DNA of 64,000 bases, from assembly GCA_040755005.1 (NCBI GenBank), contig JBFMBV010000001.1, positions 5,692-69,691 on the forward strand, read 5' to 3'. The stretch is from Bacillota bacterium. Lineage in GTDB: Bacteria > Bacillota > Sulfobacillia > JBFMBV01. The first letter of the stretch is position 1, and every line of letters starts with the position of its first letter. The notes under the pieces are model-generated. The model was not told the DNA's origin. It saw only the letters and a program-made list of their open reading frames with translations, and made no database searches. Both the position numbers and the translations under genes were made by a program. Positions 1-10,841 of this stretch are shown here, in pieces.

Positions 1-127
1 TGACCAGCGTCTGCCCGTTGAAGCGGTCTACCGGCCGCAAGCGGAGCCCCGCCGTCATCACCGCCAAGGCAGCCAAGGCCAGCACTGCCAGGCCTCGCAC
101 GGAACGTCTCAGGTTCAGGACGAGCAA
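1..127 (-). CDS. partial ORF running off window start; N-terminus MLVLNLRRSVRGLAVLALAALAVMTAG looks like a signal or TM segment
   Basis: TTG at 127 with GGAGGAGG 7 nt upstream; frame open to position 1; absent from ORF track because there is no stop in the window. Confidence 0.25.
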   Translation of the reverse strand, partial: MLVLNLRRSVRGLAVLALAALAVMTAGLRLRPVDRFNGQTLV

Positions 128-155
128 CTCGCTACCTCCTCCGTCCCCGGCGGCC

Positions 156-1805
156 TCAGGTGACCATCGGCAAGTCGAGCCCATGCCGTTTGGTCGCGAC
201 CAAGGCCTCGGGGTACCCGGCGTCGGCATGCCGCATCACACCGGTGCCAGGGTCTGTGGTCAGCACCCGTTCGAGTCTGCGGGCGGCAGCCTCGGTGCCG
301 TCCGCCACGACTACCATGCCCGCGTGCAAGGAGTAGCCGATGCCCACGCCGCCGCCGTGGTGGACCGATACCCACGAGGCGCCGGCCGCGCAGTTCACCA
401 GCGCGTTGAGGATGGGCCAGTCCCCGATGGCGTCGCTGCCGTCCCGCATACCTTCTGTCTCCCGGTAGGGGGAGGCTACGGACCCGGCATCGAGATGGTC
501 ACGGCCGATGACGATAGGGGCTGATACCTGACCGGTCCTCACCAGCTCATTGAAGAGCAACCCGACCTTGGCCCTGTCCCCATACCCCAACCAGCAGATC
601 CGGGCCGGCAGGCCCTGGAACTTGATGCGTTCCCGGGCCATGCGCAGCCAGCGCTTGAGGCCCGCATCGGCCGGGAACTCGCGCAACAGCACCTCGTCGG
701 TGCGATAGATGTCCTCAGGGTCGCCCGACAGGGCCACCCAGCGGAAGGGCCCTTTGCCTTCGCAGAACAGGGGCCGGATGTACGCCGGCACGAACCCCGG
801 ATAGTCGAAGGCCCTGGCGCAGCCCCCCAACTGGGCCTGCTGCCTCAGATTATTGCCGTAATCAAAGACCACCGAACCTTGGTCCATGAACCCAACCATC
901 GCCTCGACCTGCCGGGCCATGCTCGCGCGGGCGAGTTCCACATAGCGGCCGGGGTCCGACCGGCGCAGGGCGGCCGCGTCTGCCAGGCTGAGGCCAGCCG
1001 GTACGTAGCCGTTGAGCGGGTCGTGGGCCGAGGTCTGGTCCGTGACCACAGCGGGCACGACCCCCTTAGCCAGGATGGCCGGGTGCGTGTCGGCCGCGTT
1101 GCCCAGCAGGGCGATGGAGAGGGGGCGCCCCTCAGCCTGGGCCGCCCTGGCCCTGGCGAGGGCCGCGTCGAGATCGTCTGCGGCCTCGTCGCAGTAGCCC
1201 GAGGCGAGGCGCCGCTGGATCCGGCCTGGGTCGACCTCCACGGCGATGATGACGGCTTCGTTCATGGTCGCCGCTAGGGGCTGGGCCCCGCCCATCCCGC
1301 CAAGGCCCCCCGTGAGCACCAGCCGCCCGCGCAGGCTCCCGCCGAAATGCCGGCGGGCTACTTCGGCCAGGGTCTCGTAGGTCCCCTGGATGATGCCCTG
1401 CGTGCCGATGTAGATCCAGCTGCCTGCCGTCATCTGGCCGTACATGGTCAGGCCCATGTCTTCCAGTTCCCAGAACTTCTCCAGGGTGGCCCAATGGGGG
1501 ACCAAGAGCCCGTTTGCCAGCAGGACTCGCGGCGCGTCAGGATGGGTACGGAACACCCCTACAGGTTTGCCCGACTGCACCAGCAGGGTCTCGTCGGCGC
1601 CCAGACGCCGCAGGGCAGCGATCATAGCCTCGTAGCATTCCCAGTTGCGGGCGGCCTTGCCCGTCCCGCCGTAGACGATGAGGTCATCAGGCCGCTCGGC
1701 CACTTCCTGATCCAGGTTGTTCATCAGCATGCGGAGGGCCGCTTCCTGCTGCCAGCCAGCGCATGTCAGCTCAGGACCGCGGGGTGCTCGGATGTGTCGA
1801 ACCAT
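156..1805 (-). CDS. hutU: urocanate hydratase
   Basis: 549 aa; N-terminus [21 protein letters not shown] and [10 protein letters not shown] are urocanase hallmarks; AGGAGGAGG RBS before ATG at 1805. Confidence 0.9.
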   Translation of the reverse strand: MVRHIRAPRGPELTCAGWQQEAALRMLMNNLDQEVAERPDDLIVYGGTGKAARNWECYEAMIAALRRLGADETLLVQSGKPVGVFRTHPDAPRVLLANGLLVPHWATLEKFWELEDMGLTMYGQMTAGSWIYIGTQGIIQGTYETLAEVARRHFGGSLRGRLVLTGGLGGMGGAQPLAATMNEAVIIAVEVDPGRIQRRLASGYCDEAADDLDAALARARAAQAEGRPLSIALLGNAADTHPAILAKGVVPAVVTDQTSAHDPLNGYVPAGLSLADAAALRRSDPGRYVELARASMARQVEAMVGFMDQGSVVFDYGNNLRQQAQLGGCARAFDYPGFVPAYIRPLFCEGKGPFRWVALSGDPEDIYRTDEVLLREFPADAGLKRWLRMARERIKFQGLPARICWLGYGDRAKVGLLFNELVRTGQVSAPIVIGRDHLDAGSVASPYRETEGMRDGSDAIGDWPILNALVNCAAGASWVSVHHGGGVGIGYSLHAGMVVVADGTEAAARRLERVLTTDPGTGVMRHADAGYPEALVATKRHGLDLPMVT

Positions 1806-1825
1806 GCCGTCCTCCTCCTCACTAT

Positions 1826-3325
1826 CTATGCCTCGCTTACGCCTGTCATGTCCCGTACCAGGGTAGCCACCCGGCTGATGTCGGTGTGAAGTTCCCTGTC
1901 TCCGTCCAGGGGCGGGATGACGGCGCGTACGGCCGCATGGAGCCGGCGTCCGGCAGGGCTGAGTCTTGATACGCCGTCCCTCAGGTCAATGGCTTGAGCA
2001 GCGCAGATGAGTTCGATGGCCAGCACCTGCCTAGTATGGTCCAGGATGGTCCTGGCCTTTCTGGCTGCAATGGTCCCCATGCTCACGTGGTCTTCCTGGT
2101 TCGCCGATGACGGGATCGAGTCCACACTGGCGGGGGAGGCCAGGAGTTTGTTCTCCGATACCAGCGCCGCAGCGGTATACTGGGCCAGCATCAGGCCCGA
2201 GTGCAGGCCGCTGTTCCGCGTCAGGAACGCAGGCAGGCCGTCATTCAAGGCCGGGTTCAGCAGGCGTTCGGTGCGCCGCTCGCTGATGCTGGCCAGTTCG
2301 GCCAAGGCTATGCCCGCCAGGTCCATGGCGATGGCGACGGGTTGGCCGTGGAAGTTGCCCCCTGACAACACCTCTTCGCCGAACAAGAGGGGATTGTCCG
2401 TCGCCGAATTGGCCTCGGTCCGCAGGACGCCAGCGGCATAGGCTAGGGCGTCCCGGCAGGCCCCGTGAACCTGGGGGATGCAGCGCAGGGCATAGGCATC
2501 CTGGACGCGGGCCTCGCCGGCCCGCGTGGTAAGCCTGCTGCCGGCAAGGTGCGCCCTCAGGTTCCTGGCGCTCTCCACCTGCCCAGGATGAGGCCGGGCC
2601 GAGTGAATCCGCTCGTCGAAGGCGTCGGGGATCCCCCGCAGGACCTCCGTAGTCAGGGCGGCCACCGCATCGGCGAGCCCGGCGAGTCTCAAGCCCTGGG
2701 CCACAGCCAGGGCCCCGATGCCCGTCATGGCTTGGGTGCCGTTGATCAGGGCCAGGCCTTCCTTGGCCTGCAGGCGGATGGGGAGTAGTGCGGCTCTGGC
2801 TAAGGCCTCGCCCCCGTCGCAGACGGTGCCACTGACGGCGGCCCGCCCGCGGCCGATGAGGACCAAGGCGATATGCGCCAGCGGGGCAAGGTCGCCGCTG
2901 GCGCCCAAAGACCCCTGGCTGGGGACGACGGGATGTACCCCGGCGTTGAGCAGATCAAGGAGGAGTCCGATAACCTCAGGGCGCACCCCCGAGTGCCCTC
3001 TGGCCAGGGCGTTGGCCCTCAGCAGGATGACAGCCCGGACCTCTGGTTCGGGCAGGGGGTCGCCGACACCCGCGGCGTGGCTCCTGACTAGGTTCACTTG
3101 CAGTTCCTCGGCGGCCGCCGGTGGAACGGCCACATCCGCCAGCCGGCCGAAACCTGTGGTCACGCCGTAGATCGGCCTGTCTCCCGCCACGAGCCTGTCA
3201 ACCACCTGACGGGTGGCGGCGACCCTCGCCCGGGCGGATGGGCACAAGGCCACCCGTTGTCCTCGGGCCACACGTTCGATGTCGGTGAGGGACAGGGAGA
3301 TGCCGTCAATGCGTAACTCAGTCAT
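1826..3325 (-). CDS. hutH: histidine ammonia-lyase
   Basis: [14 protein letters not shown] (MIO-forming ASG motif); track ORF trimmed to [12 protein letters not shown] start at 3325; 20 nt upstream of hutU. Confidence 0.9.
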   Translation of the reverse strand: MTELRIDGISLSLTDIERVARGQRVALCPSARARVAATRQVVDRLVAGDRPIYGVTTGFGRLADVAVPPAAAEELQVNLVRSHAAGVGDPLPEPEVRAVILLRANALARGHSGVRPEVIGLLLDLLNAGVHPVVPSQGSLGASGDLAPLAHIALVLIGRGRAAVSGTVCDGGEALARAALLPIRLQAKEGLALINGTQAMTGIGALAVAQGLRLAGLADAVAALTTEVLRGIPDAFDERIHSARPHPGQVESARNLRAHLAGSRLTTRAGEARVQDAYALRCIPQVHGACRDALAYAAGVLRTEANSATDNPLLFGEEVLSGGNFHGQPVAIAMDLAGIALAELASISERRTERLLNPALNDGLPAFLTRNSGLHSGLMLAQYTAAALVSENKLLASPASVDSIPSSANQEDHVSMGTIAARKARTILDHTRQVLAIELICAAQAIDLRDGVSRLSPAGRRLHAAVRAVIPPLDGDRELHTDISRVATLVRDMTGVSEA

Positions 3326-3330
3326 CGGGC

Positions 3331-3888
3331 TCAGTCCTTCAAGGAGAAGCCGGAGCCCCCGAGGGGCTGGCCCTGCCTCCAGTACTGACCGGCGATGTAG
3401 GCCAGAGCCTCCAGTTTGGCGGAGTCCGGCCGTCCGTTGGCGCCAAGCACCGACTCCTCGGCATGGACGGCCACGACCTCGCCCAGGAAAAGGGTATGGC
3501 TGCCCAGGGGGATGGCCTGGCGCAGGCGGCACTCCACGTTCACCGGGCACTCGGCCACCAACGGCGAGCTGATGCGCGTCGCGGGATAGGCGGTCAGCCC
3601 GGCGCGAGCGAACTTGTCCTCATCCCTGCCCGAGAGGTTGCCGCACAGGTCCACAGCGCGGGCCATGGCGGCGGTCGGCAGGTTCACGGCGAAGTCCCCG
3701 GCCGCCTCGATGAGCCCGTGAGAGTAACGGGTGGGGCGGACGCCGATACTGAGTACGGGCGGGTCGGAACAAACCACGCCCACCCAGGCCAGGGTGATGA
3801 GGTTGGGCCTGGGTTCACCGGCTACGCTGATCAGGGCAGCCGGTACTGGGTACAGGGTGGGGGCGGGTTGCAGGAGCCGTTTCGTCAT
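3331..3888 (-). CDS. flavin reductase-like (FMN-binding split barrel) protein
   Basis: PVPAALISVAGEPRPNLITLAWVGVV and FAVNL motifs typical of the flavin reductase domain; start trimmed to MTKRLL; stop 5 nt before hutH start. Confidence 0.55.
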   Translation of the reverse strand: MTKRLLQPAPTLYPVPAALISVAGEPRPNLITLAWVGVVCSDPPVLSIGVRPTRYSHGLIEAAGDFAVNLPTAAMARAVDLCGNLSGRDEDKFARAGLTAYPATRISSPLVAECPVNVECRLRQAIPLGSHTLFLGEVVAVHAEESVLGANGRPDSAKLEALAYIAGQYWRQGQPLGGSGFSLKD

Positions 3889-3956
3889 GGGAAGCACTCC
3901 CTTCGTGCGGCCACCGGGCCGCCACCCACCAGGATACTGGGGTACGGGGGCAGGCG

Positions 3957-5225
3957 TTACCTGGGATTGATGACGGCCAGGGCGGGGGATGAGCCTGCCA
4001 GGTGGGTGCGCAGCCGCTGGTTGACCTGAGCCTGATTCGCAGCGGCGAGGGCCGTAGGATAGTCGAAGAAGTCGATGCCCCGCAGGGCCCGATCGAGGAT
4101 CTCCCAAGTCAGTCCGGCTAGATCGTCCAGGGAGAGGACGACTTCGCCCCGTAGCTTGTTGCGCACGTCCTCCAGCAGGCCTGGGTCGATCCCGTCCGCG
4201 CTCAGTTCGCTGAGCCTGGCCCTAATCCTCTCCGCCACGCCCTGGGGGGTGTCCGACCGCCCTGACACCGCCGTCCAGCCGAAGCCCCGCTCTACGATGG
4301 AGGTAGCCCCGAAACTGGCATCCACCAGGCCCGACTCGTACAGCTCCTCATACAGTGGGGAGAGACGCCCGAACACCGCTTCGCCGAGGATGGCGTCCAG
4401 GGTCTCCCGGCTCAGCAGATCGCCGGGCCCGCTGGCGGGGGCGGCATCCTTGAAGCCCAGATGGAACAGCGGCTGAGCCACCGACATGCCCCGGGCGTGG
4501 TGGGTCTGGGCGTTCCCCGCGGGCTCGTCCGGCAGCAACCTCCGGGGAGTCCCCGGGGCCGGTCTTACCCGGGCCGCGACCTGTTGATAGACAGCCTCCG
4601 GGTCAATGTCCCCAGAAGCCAGCAACAGCATGTTGCCAGGACGGTAGAATGTCTCGTAGCACAGCTTGAGCTGGTCGACGGTGATCGCTGCGACGGATGC
4701 TGCCGTGCCGGCGATCTCCAGGCGCACTGGATGCCGGTGGTACATCGCGCCCAGCAGATCGTAGTACCCGCGCTGCCTGGGATCATCCTCCCCCATTTTG
4801 ATCTCCTGGATGATGATGTCCCGCTCGCGCTCCACCCCTGCTTGACTGAACCTGGGCGTCTGCACAAACTCCAGCAACAGGTCGAGGCACGGTTCGAAGG
4901 ATCCGGCGGTCGTGAAATAGTAGGCGGTCCCGGTATGCCAGGTGGCGGCGTTATCCATGGCGCCGAGGGCGGCGAACCTGTCGCTGACCGGCCCGTCCGG
5001 GGTCTCAAACAGCTTGTGCTCCAGGAAGTGGGCAATGCCATCAGGCACGCGCACCGTGCGGCCGTCGGGGGTCACGAACTCGTTGTCCACTGACCCGTAG
5101 GCCACGGCGACAGCGGCTGAGCAGCGCTGGGCCCCCCTGCGGGGCACGACGATCACCGGCAGCCTCGCCGGGGTCACGCCGCGCCAAAGCTCGACGCCCA
5201 GTCCGGGATGGGCCGTGGCTCTCAC
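3957..5225 (-). CDS. M16 family zinc peptidase (active subunit, HxxEH)
   Basis: HFLEHKLFE inverted zinc-binding motif; start set at GTG 5225 overlapping the upstream TGA (GTGA). Confidence 0.8.
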   Translation of the reverse strand: MRATAHPGLGVELWRGVTPARLPVIVVPRRGAQRCSAAVAVAYGSVDNEFVTPDGRTVRVPDGIAHFLEHKLFETPDGPVSDRFAALGAMDNAATWHTGTAYYFTTAGSFEPCLDLLLEFVQTPRFSQAGVERERDIIIQEIKMGEDDPRQRGYYDLLGAMYHRHPVRLEIAGTAASVAAITVDQLKLCYETFYRPGNMLLLASGDIDPEAVYQQVAARVRPAPGTPRRLLPDEPAGNAQTHHARGMSVAQPLFHLGFKDAAPASGPGDLLSRETLDAILGEAVFGRLSPLYEELYESGLVDASFGATSIVERGFGWTAVSGRSDTPQGVAERIRARLSELSADGIDPGLLEDVRNKLRGEVVLSLDDLAGLTWEILDRALRGIDFFDYPTALAAANQAQVNQRLRTHLAGSSPALAVINPR

Positions 5226-6502
5226 GCCTCGCCCTCCCCCAGCGGACACAGGGCGTAACGGGTCACCATCTCCACCTGCCTGGCCACCGCCGTGACCGCC
5301 TCGACGGTGACTGCGTTGAGCGCGCTGAGCTCCCGGTCCAGATCGGGTGCGAAGCCGCACCGGGACCCCTCGAAACCATGGTCGAGGACGCCGTGGGCGT
5401 CATCTTCCAGCATGCGCCTGACGCTGAACAGCGACTCCCGAGTGCTGTCCATCTCCTCCCGGGAGATGCGGCCCCGCCGCATGTCCTCCAGCTGCTCGCC
5501 GATGAGAGCCGTGGCCTGCTCCTGGCGGCACGAGTCGATCCCCGCCTCGATCAGCAGCACGCCGGCGGTGCTGTGGAGGACTGACCGGGCGTAGTAGGCC
5601 AGCCCCGCGGCTTCCCGGACGTTGCGGAACAGCTTGGAATGGGCGAAGCCACCGAGGATGCCGTTGTAGAACAGCAGCGCGGCCCACTGGGCGCGCCCGG
5701 GGTTGATGCCCGTGAGGCCTCCCATCACGAGTTTGGCTTGCTGTACATCGTCGCTGTCGCGGCCGTCGCCGGCGCCCGCGGTTGCGCTCAGTGGCTGCTG
5801 TAAAGGCGGTGACTGCCCCGGGTACAACCTCAATGTGCTGTCGAGCAGCTCGAGGAACAGCCCTGGCTCGACGGGCCCGCTCACATGGAGCTCGGCAGGC
5901 CAGCCCCCAACCATCTCCCGGTAGGCCCTGGTCAGCCGGCCCGCATCCACTCCCTGCAGATCCTGGAGCCTGCCCAAACGGTGCACAGCGTAGGCCCTGC
6001 CGGGGAACATGGCCTCCAGGCACCGTTGCCTGGCCAAGGCCAGCTTGTCATTGCGCAACGCGTTGATCTGCCGGGCCAGGAAGTCCCGCTCCGAGTCGAC
6101 CCAGTCCTGGCGCAGGCTTCCGTCCTGGAGGGCAGGATCCAGGATCAGTCCGGACCACAGCTTGAGGACTTTGGTCAGGTACTCCCTGCCTTCACCGATC
6201 CTGGCGGGATCCGGTACATCGAGGCCGAAGACCACCACCTGGCGCTCGCCAACCTTGGCCACATCAGCCCCGAACCCGGCCCCGTACAAGTGAGCCAAGG
6301 CCCTGGCCAGCAGGCGTTGCCCTGGGCACTGAGCCGTGCCGCGCTTGAGCACGCGCGGGATGAGGGCGACAGCGGCCGCCTCCGCTAGCTCCAGCGAACG
6401 GTGGAAGTACAGCCTGGCTACGATGGCCGTGCGGTTGCGCCTTGGCCACACGCGGGCACGCAGGCCGGACGAGAGGGCCGTCTCGACAGCGGACTGGGCC
6501 AA
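5222..6502 (-). CDS. M16 peptidase-like protein (no HxxEH; partner subunit)
   Basis: 426 aa with M16 C-terminal-like architecture; TTG start at 6502 with GGGGAGGTAGGAGC RBS; coupled to the downstream M16 gene. Confidence 0.7.
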   Translation of the reverse strand: MAQSAVETALSSGLRARVWPRRNRTAIVARLYFHRSLELAEAAAVALIPRVLKRGTAQCPGQRLLARALAHLYGAGFGADVAKVGERQVVVFGLDVPDPARIGEGREYLTKVLKLWSGLILDPALQDGSLRQDWVDSERDFLARQINALRNDKLALARQRCLEAMFPGRAYAVHRLGRLQDLQGVDAGRLTRAYREMVGGWPAELHVSGPVEPGLFLELLDSTLRLYPGQSPPLQQPLSATAGAGDGRDSDDVQQAKLVMGGLTGINPGRAQWAALLFYNGILGGFAHSKLFRNVREAAGLAYYARSVLHSTAGVLLIEAGIDSCRQEQATALIGEQLEDMRRGRISREEMDSTRESLFSVRRMLEDDAHGVLDHGFEGSRCGFAPDLDRELSALNAVTVEAVTAVARQVEMVTRYALCPLGEGEA

Positions 6503-6790
6503 GCTCCTACCTCCCCGGCGCCACGCAGGGCATCGCCCTGGGGCCTGATCGCTGACAGTATGCCCAGCACAGCTGCGGGTAAGCAGGCCGCGCGGCAGCG
6601 TCCTAAGTGGCTATTCACCGCGCTGGCGGGCGGTTCCTCCCAGCGAGACCGGTGGCGTCATCGACGGCGCCATGGAGCCAGTGGTCCTTCTCATTAGGCA
6701 TGCGGCAAGGAAAATGTTATACTACTCTCGTACGACACTCGTCTTCGGGAAGTAAGGATGACTGGCGGACAGGCCGGGAGGGAAGGAAGT

Positions 6791-8653
6791 TTGTGCGGGT
6801 TTGTCGGAGTATGGCATAAGAGCGGCGGAACCCGTTCCCGTACTCATTTTACCTCTATGACCAATACCCTGGCGCACCGGGGTCCCGATGACGAGCGTTA
6901 CGCTCACCTGGAGCATGTGGACCTGGGGTTTAGAAGGTTGAAGATCATCGACTTATCCGGCGGGTATCAGCCCATGTATAACGAAGACCAGAGCCTCTGC
7001 CTGGTCTTCAATGGGGAAATCTACAACTACCGGGAGCTGAGGGACGGGTTAAGACAACGCGGACACATTTTCGCCTCGAATGCTGACAGCGAGGTCATCC
7101 TGCACCTGTATGAGGAGTACGGTGAGGTCTGTGTCAACCGGCTGCGAGGCATGTTTGCCTTCTGCATATACGATCGTGCGGAGAACCGGCTGTTTGGCGC
7201 CCGGGATCGCTTTGGCATCAAACCGCTCTATTACCTCGAAACTGCCAACTCATTTGCCCTTGCTTCGGAGGCCAAGGCCCTGCTCGATGTTCCGGGGTAC
7301 AGCCCCATGGTTAACGAAGCGGCGATCCCTCACTATTTGACCTTTGAGTATGTTCCGGAGCCGGAAACAATGTTCAAGGGCATCTACAAGATTCCGCCCG
7401 GACATTCCTTTGTGTACAGCAGCGGGAAGCTGACCCTCTCGCGTTACTGGGAGGTCAACTTCTCACCCGTAGACAAACCCTTTGCCGAAGTTTTGGAAGA
7501 AACGCGACAGGTCATGCGCGAAGCGGTAAAACTGCATACCCAAAGCGATGTTCCCTTGGGGGCGTTCCTATCGGGAGGAATCGACTCAACCATAATCGTG
7601 GCGCTGCTCAGGGAACTTGGGCATGTGTCCACCTTTAGTGTAGGCTATGAGGAATCGGCTTACAGTGAGCTTTCCGAAGCGGCAGAAACCGCGCGCTATC
7701 TGGAGACCGAGCATGAAGAGTATGTGATTGAGCCGGATGAGTTCTGGGCACACCTCCCCCGGCTGATCCATCATTTCGACGAACCGGTGGCGGATCCGGC
7801 AGCGATCTCGCTCTACTTCGTAGCGCGGATGGCCAGAAAGAAGATAACCGTAACCCTGTCCGGAGAAGGCGCGGACGAGCTCTTCGGAGGATACGCGATT
7901 TACATGGAACCGCGCGCGCTCCAGCCCCTGAGTATGTTACCCCCGCCCATGTTGCAGGCCCTGGGGGCGGGCTCCCAACTCCTGCCGGGGTTCATTCCGG
8001 GGAAGAACTACCTGCGCCGGGCCTCTACTCCGTTAAGAAACCGCTTTTACGGAAACGCTCATATCTTCAACGAAGATGAGAAGCGGGCTCTGCTGAAGGA
8101 CAACCAGTTTGTGCCGGCAACGGCCGTAACCGGCCCCCTGTATGACAGAGCCGCCGCCTACGACGACGTGACCAAAATGCAGTATATCGACCTGCATACA
8201 TGGATGGTAGGGGATATCTTGGTCAAAGCGGACAAGATGACCATGGCCAATTCACTGGAGTTGAGGGTTCCCTTCCTGGATCACCACGTCTTTGAGTTTG
8301 CGTCCACTATACCTACGAAATACAAGATCCGCAAAGGCCTCACCAAGTACGTGCTGCGGCAGGCCTTTGCCGGTATTGTTCCCCCAGCTGCCGTTTCCCG
8401 TCCCAAGCGGGGTTTCCCGGTGCCCACCCGTGTGTGGCTCAGGGGACCGATGGGGAAGAAAGCGGAGGAACTCCTGATGGATCCATCGCTGGGGCAGTTC
8501 TTTAGCCCCGCGCCGGTGCGAAAGTACCTGAGCGAACATCGGCTGGGGAAAGCAGATCACAGCCGGAAGATCTGGAGCCTGGTCATTTTCACCCTGTGGT
8601 GGGAGTGTTTCTTCCCCGGTTCACTAGCATCATTGAGCGAAGCCTCCGGTTAA
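6791..8653 (+). CDS. asnB: asparagine synthetase, glutamine-hydrolysing
   Basis: TTG-Cys start (M-CGFVG N-terminal nucleophile) after GGGAGGGAAGGA RBS; SGGIDS PP-loop; about 55% GC versus about 68% flanks. Confidence 0.85.
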   Translation: MCGFVGVWHKSGGTRSRTHFTSMTNTLAHRGPDDERYAHLEHVDLGFRRLKIIDLSGGYQPMYNEDQSLCLVFNGEIYNYRELRDGLRQRGHIFASNADSEVILHLYEEYGEVCVNRLRGMFAFCIYDRAENRLFGARDRFGIKPLYYLETANSFALASEAKALLDVPGYSPMVNEAAIPHYLTFEYVPEPETMFKGIYKIPPGHSFVYSSGKLTLSRYWEVNFSPVDKPFAEVLEETRQVMREAVKLHTQSDVPLGAFLSGGIDSTIIVALLRELGHVSTFSVGYEESAYSELSEAAETARYLETEHEEYVIEPDEFWAHLPRLIHHFDEPVADPAAISLYFVARMARKKITVTLSGEGADELFGGYAIYMEPRALQPLSMLPPPMLQALGAGSQLLPGFIPGKNYLRRASTPLRNRFYGNAHIFNEDEKRALLKDNQFVPATAVTGPLYDRAAAYDDVTKMQYIDLHTWMVGDILVKADKMTMANSLELRVPFLDHHVFEFASTIPTKYKIRKGLTKYVLRQAFAGIVPPAAVSRPKRGFPVPTRVWLRGPMGKKAEELLMDPSLGQFFSPAPVRKYLSEHRLGKADHSRKIWSLVIFTLWWECFFPGSLASLSEASG

Positions 8654-9461
8654 CCCGTGGGTGAACCCCCTTGCGGCGGCCCAATCCCGCCGCAAGAAAG
8701 CTCTGGGCGTGATCACAGCACGAAGCGTCCACTCCACGGTGATGACCGCCCACGCCCAAGGCAGGCCAAGACCCAAAACCCTGACCACCAGGTAGAAGAG
8801 GGGTACCCTCAGCACCCACGCCGCCAGGGCCGTGATGCGCATGGGGGTACGCGTGTCCCCGGCCCCCCTGAGGGCGCCGTTGAAGGCCTCGGTGATGGCG
8901 ATGCCTGGTTGGGTAAGGGCCGCCACGCGCAAACAGGGAACCGGCCAGGAGCACCACGGTGTCCTGGCCGGTGAACAGCCGTAGCAGGGCCGCGGGAACC
9001 GCGAGGAACACCAGGGCGATGGCGCCCATGGCCACCAGGCGCATGTAGCCCGTCCCAGGGATGATGACCGCCTGGCCCATGGCTGCCAGCCGGAAAACGT
9101 GCGGGGCCACGGCCCGCAGGCCGATCGTGAGCAGGACCCCGAGGGCGACCGCCCCACCCACGCCCGCGCCGGCGATAACACGGCAGGCGTCCTTGTCGCC
9201 ACGGCCAGTGGCTTGGCTCACCAACACTTGCGTGCCCATGCTGACCGCAAGCGTGCAGACCCAGATCACCGTCCAGACAATCTGAGCCCCCAGGCTGACC
9301 GCGCTAAGCGCTTCGGCGCCCAGCCGTGCTACCATCGCTGTGTCGACCACCCAGACCAGCATGTGCAGGGACATCTCGATGATGGCAAGCCAGGCCAGAG
9401 TGAGGAAGAGCAGGCGGCGCTCGGCCGGGGAAGCAGGCAGTGGTACGGCGTCCGGGCTCAT
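8630..9461 (-). pseudogene. MATE efflux transporter remnant: first half only, with an internal frameshift
   Basis: Frame A (9461 down to about 8945) has the MATE N-terminus; frame B (about 8926 to 8630) has the AITEAFNGALRGAGDTRTPM MATE motif; switch near tttgcgcgtggcggccctt; ends where TM7 should begin, overlapping the asnB 3' end. Confidence 0.55.
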
Positions 9462-10837
9462 GGCCCCACCTTGGCCCTGACCAGTGCCTCCAAGGCGGGC
9501 TTCGTGTTGAGGGAGGGGTCTTCCAGGACCTCCTCCAGGAGCTCGCGCAGCAGGCGCCCGACCTCGGGCCCGGGGGGCAGCCCAGTGAGGGTCATCACGT
9601 CATGGCCGTCAATGGCCAGGTCCTTCAGGCCGAAGGCGGCGTCCTGGGCCAGCACCTGTTCAATGCGGCGGAGCAGCCGTGCGGTTCCCTTGGAGATAGG
9701 TCCAGGCTTCTTGCCGGAGGCCTTCCTGTCCGCCTCGCGCAACCGCAGCAGGTCGTCCATATGCTCGAGCCCTACCCGCTTGATCAAGCGGCGGATGGCC
9801 GGGTCTTTCATCTGCCGTTGGTAGTGGAGGGCCATATGGTGTTTGATCAGGTGGGACACGCCGTCCACGGTCTGGTTGTCGAACTTGAGCCGTTTGAGGA
9901 TACGTCTGGCCAGGCCGGCCCCGACGTGCTCATGATCAAAGAAGTGCCGTGCGCCGTCGGCGGACACCGACAGGCACCGCGGCTTCGCGACATCGTGCAA
10001 GAGGGCGGCCAGGCGCAGCCTGAGGACTGCTGGGACGGCGTCGAGCGCTACCAGGCTGTGTTCCCAGACGTTGTAGGCGTGATGCACATTTTGCTCCATG
10101 CCCACGCCCTCGAGCAGCTCGGGCAGGAACTGCGCCAGCAACCCGCTTTCCCGAAGCCGTTCCATGGCCCAGGCAGGCCGGGCAGTCAGGAGCATGTTGG
10201 TGAGTTCATCGCGGATGCGTTCGGCGCTGATGTTCCCGAGCAGATGAGCCAGGGGCGGGATAGCCGCCCACGTTGCAGCGTCCAGCTCCATGCCGAGTTG
10301 GGCGGCGAAGCGTACCGCCCTGAGCATGCGCAAGGCGTCCTCATGGAAGCGCTCGGCCGCGTCGCCCACGGCCCGCACGACCTTAAGCCGCAGGTCGGTC
10401 AACCCTCCGACTACGTCGATTAAGCGCCCCCGTCTGTCCAGGGCGAGCGAGTTGATGGTGAAGTCCCTGCGTTTGAGGTCTTCAGCCACATCGTCCACGA
10501 AGCGCACCTGATCCGGCCGGCGGTGATCGCTGTACCCGCGTTCCACCCGGTAGGTGGTGACCTGGACGGGGCGCAGGCTGAGCACAGTGACAGTGCCGTG
10601 CTTGATCCCGGTGGGCACGGATCTCGGGAACAGGCGCCGGATCTGCTCGGGCAAAGCGCTGGTGGCCAGATCCCAATCAGCGGGGGTCCTGCCCAGCACT
10701 AGGTCGCGCACCCCTCCGCCGACGGCGTACGCACTGTGGCCCTGCCGCTCCAGCTCTCCCATCACGTCGCGGACGTAAGCGGGGATGAAGCGGAAAGGCA
10801 GCAACCGCAAGGCAAGCAGCCTGGGAGTAAAGGACAC
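9458..10837 (-). CDS. cca: CCA-adding tRNA nucleotidyltransferase
   Basis: GHSAYAVGGGVRDLVLG, RDFTINSLA and HD-domain HDVAKP motifs; stop overlaps the MATE remnant start (ATGA). Confidence 0.85.
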   Translation of the reverse strand: MSFTPRLLALRLLPFRFIPAYVRDVMGELERQGHSAYAVGGGVRDLVLGRTPADWDLATSALPEQIRRLFPRSVPTGIKHGTVTVLSLRPVQVTTYRVERGYSDHRRPDQVRFVDDVAEDLKRRDFTINSLALDRRGRLIDVVGGLTDLRLKVVRAVGDAAERFHEDALRMLRAVRFAAQLGMELDAATWAAIPPLAHLLGNISAERIRDELTNMLLTARPAWAMERLRESGLLAQFLPELLEGVGMEQNVHHAYNVWEHSLVALDAVPAVLRLRLAALLHDVAKPRCLSVSADGARHFFDHEHVGAGLARRILKRLKFDNQTVDGVSHLIKHHMALHYQRQMKDPAIRRLIKRVGLEHMDDLLRLREADRKASGKKPGPISKGTARLLRRIEQVLAQDAAFGLKDLAIDGHDVMTLTGLPPGPEVGRLLRELLEEVLEDPSLNTKPALEALVRAKVGP

Positions 10838-10841
10838 GGGG

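Noticed and set aside
18-524. 168-aa + strand ORF
   Set aside because: Antisense to hutU; Pro/Arg/Gly-rich composition typical of a high-GC shadow frame; no RBS.
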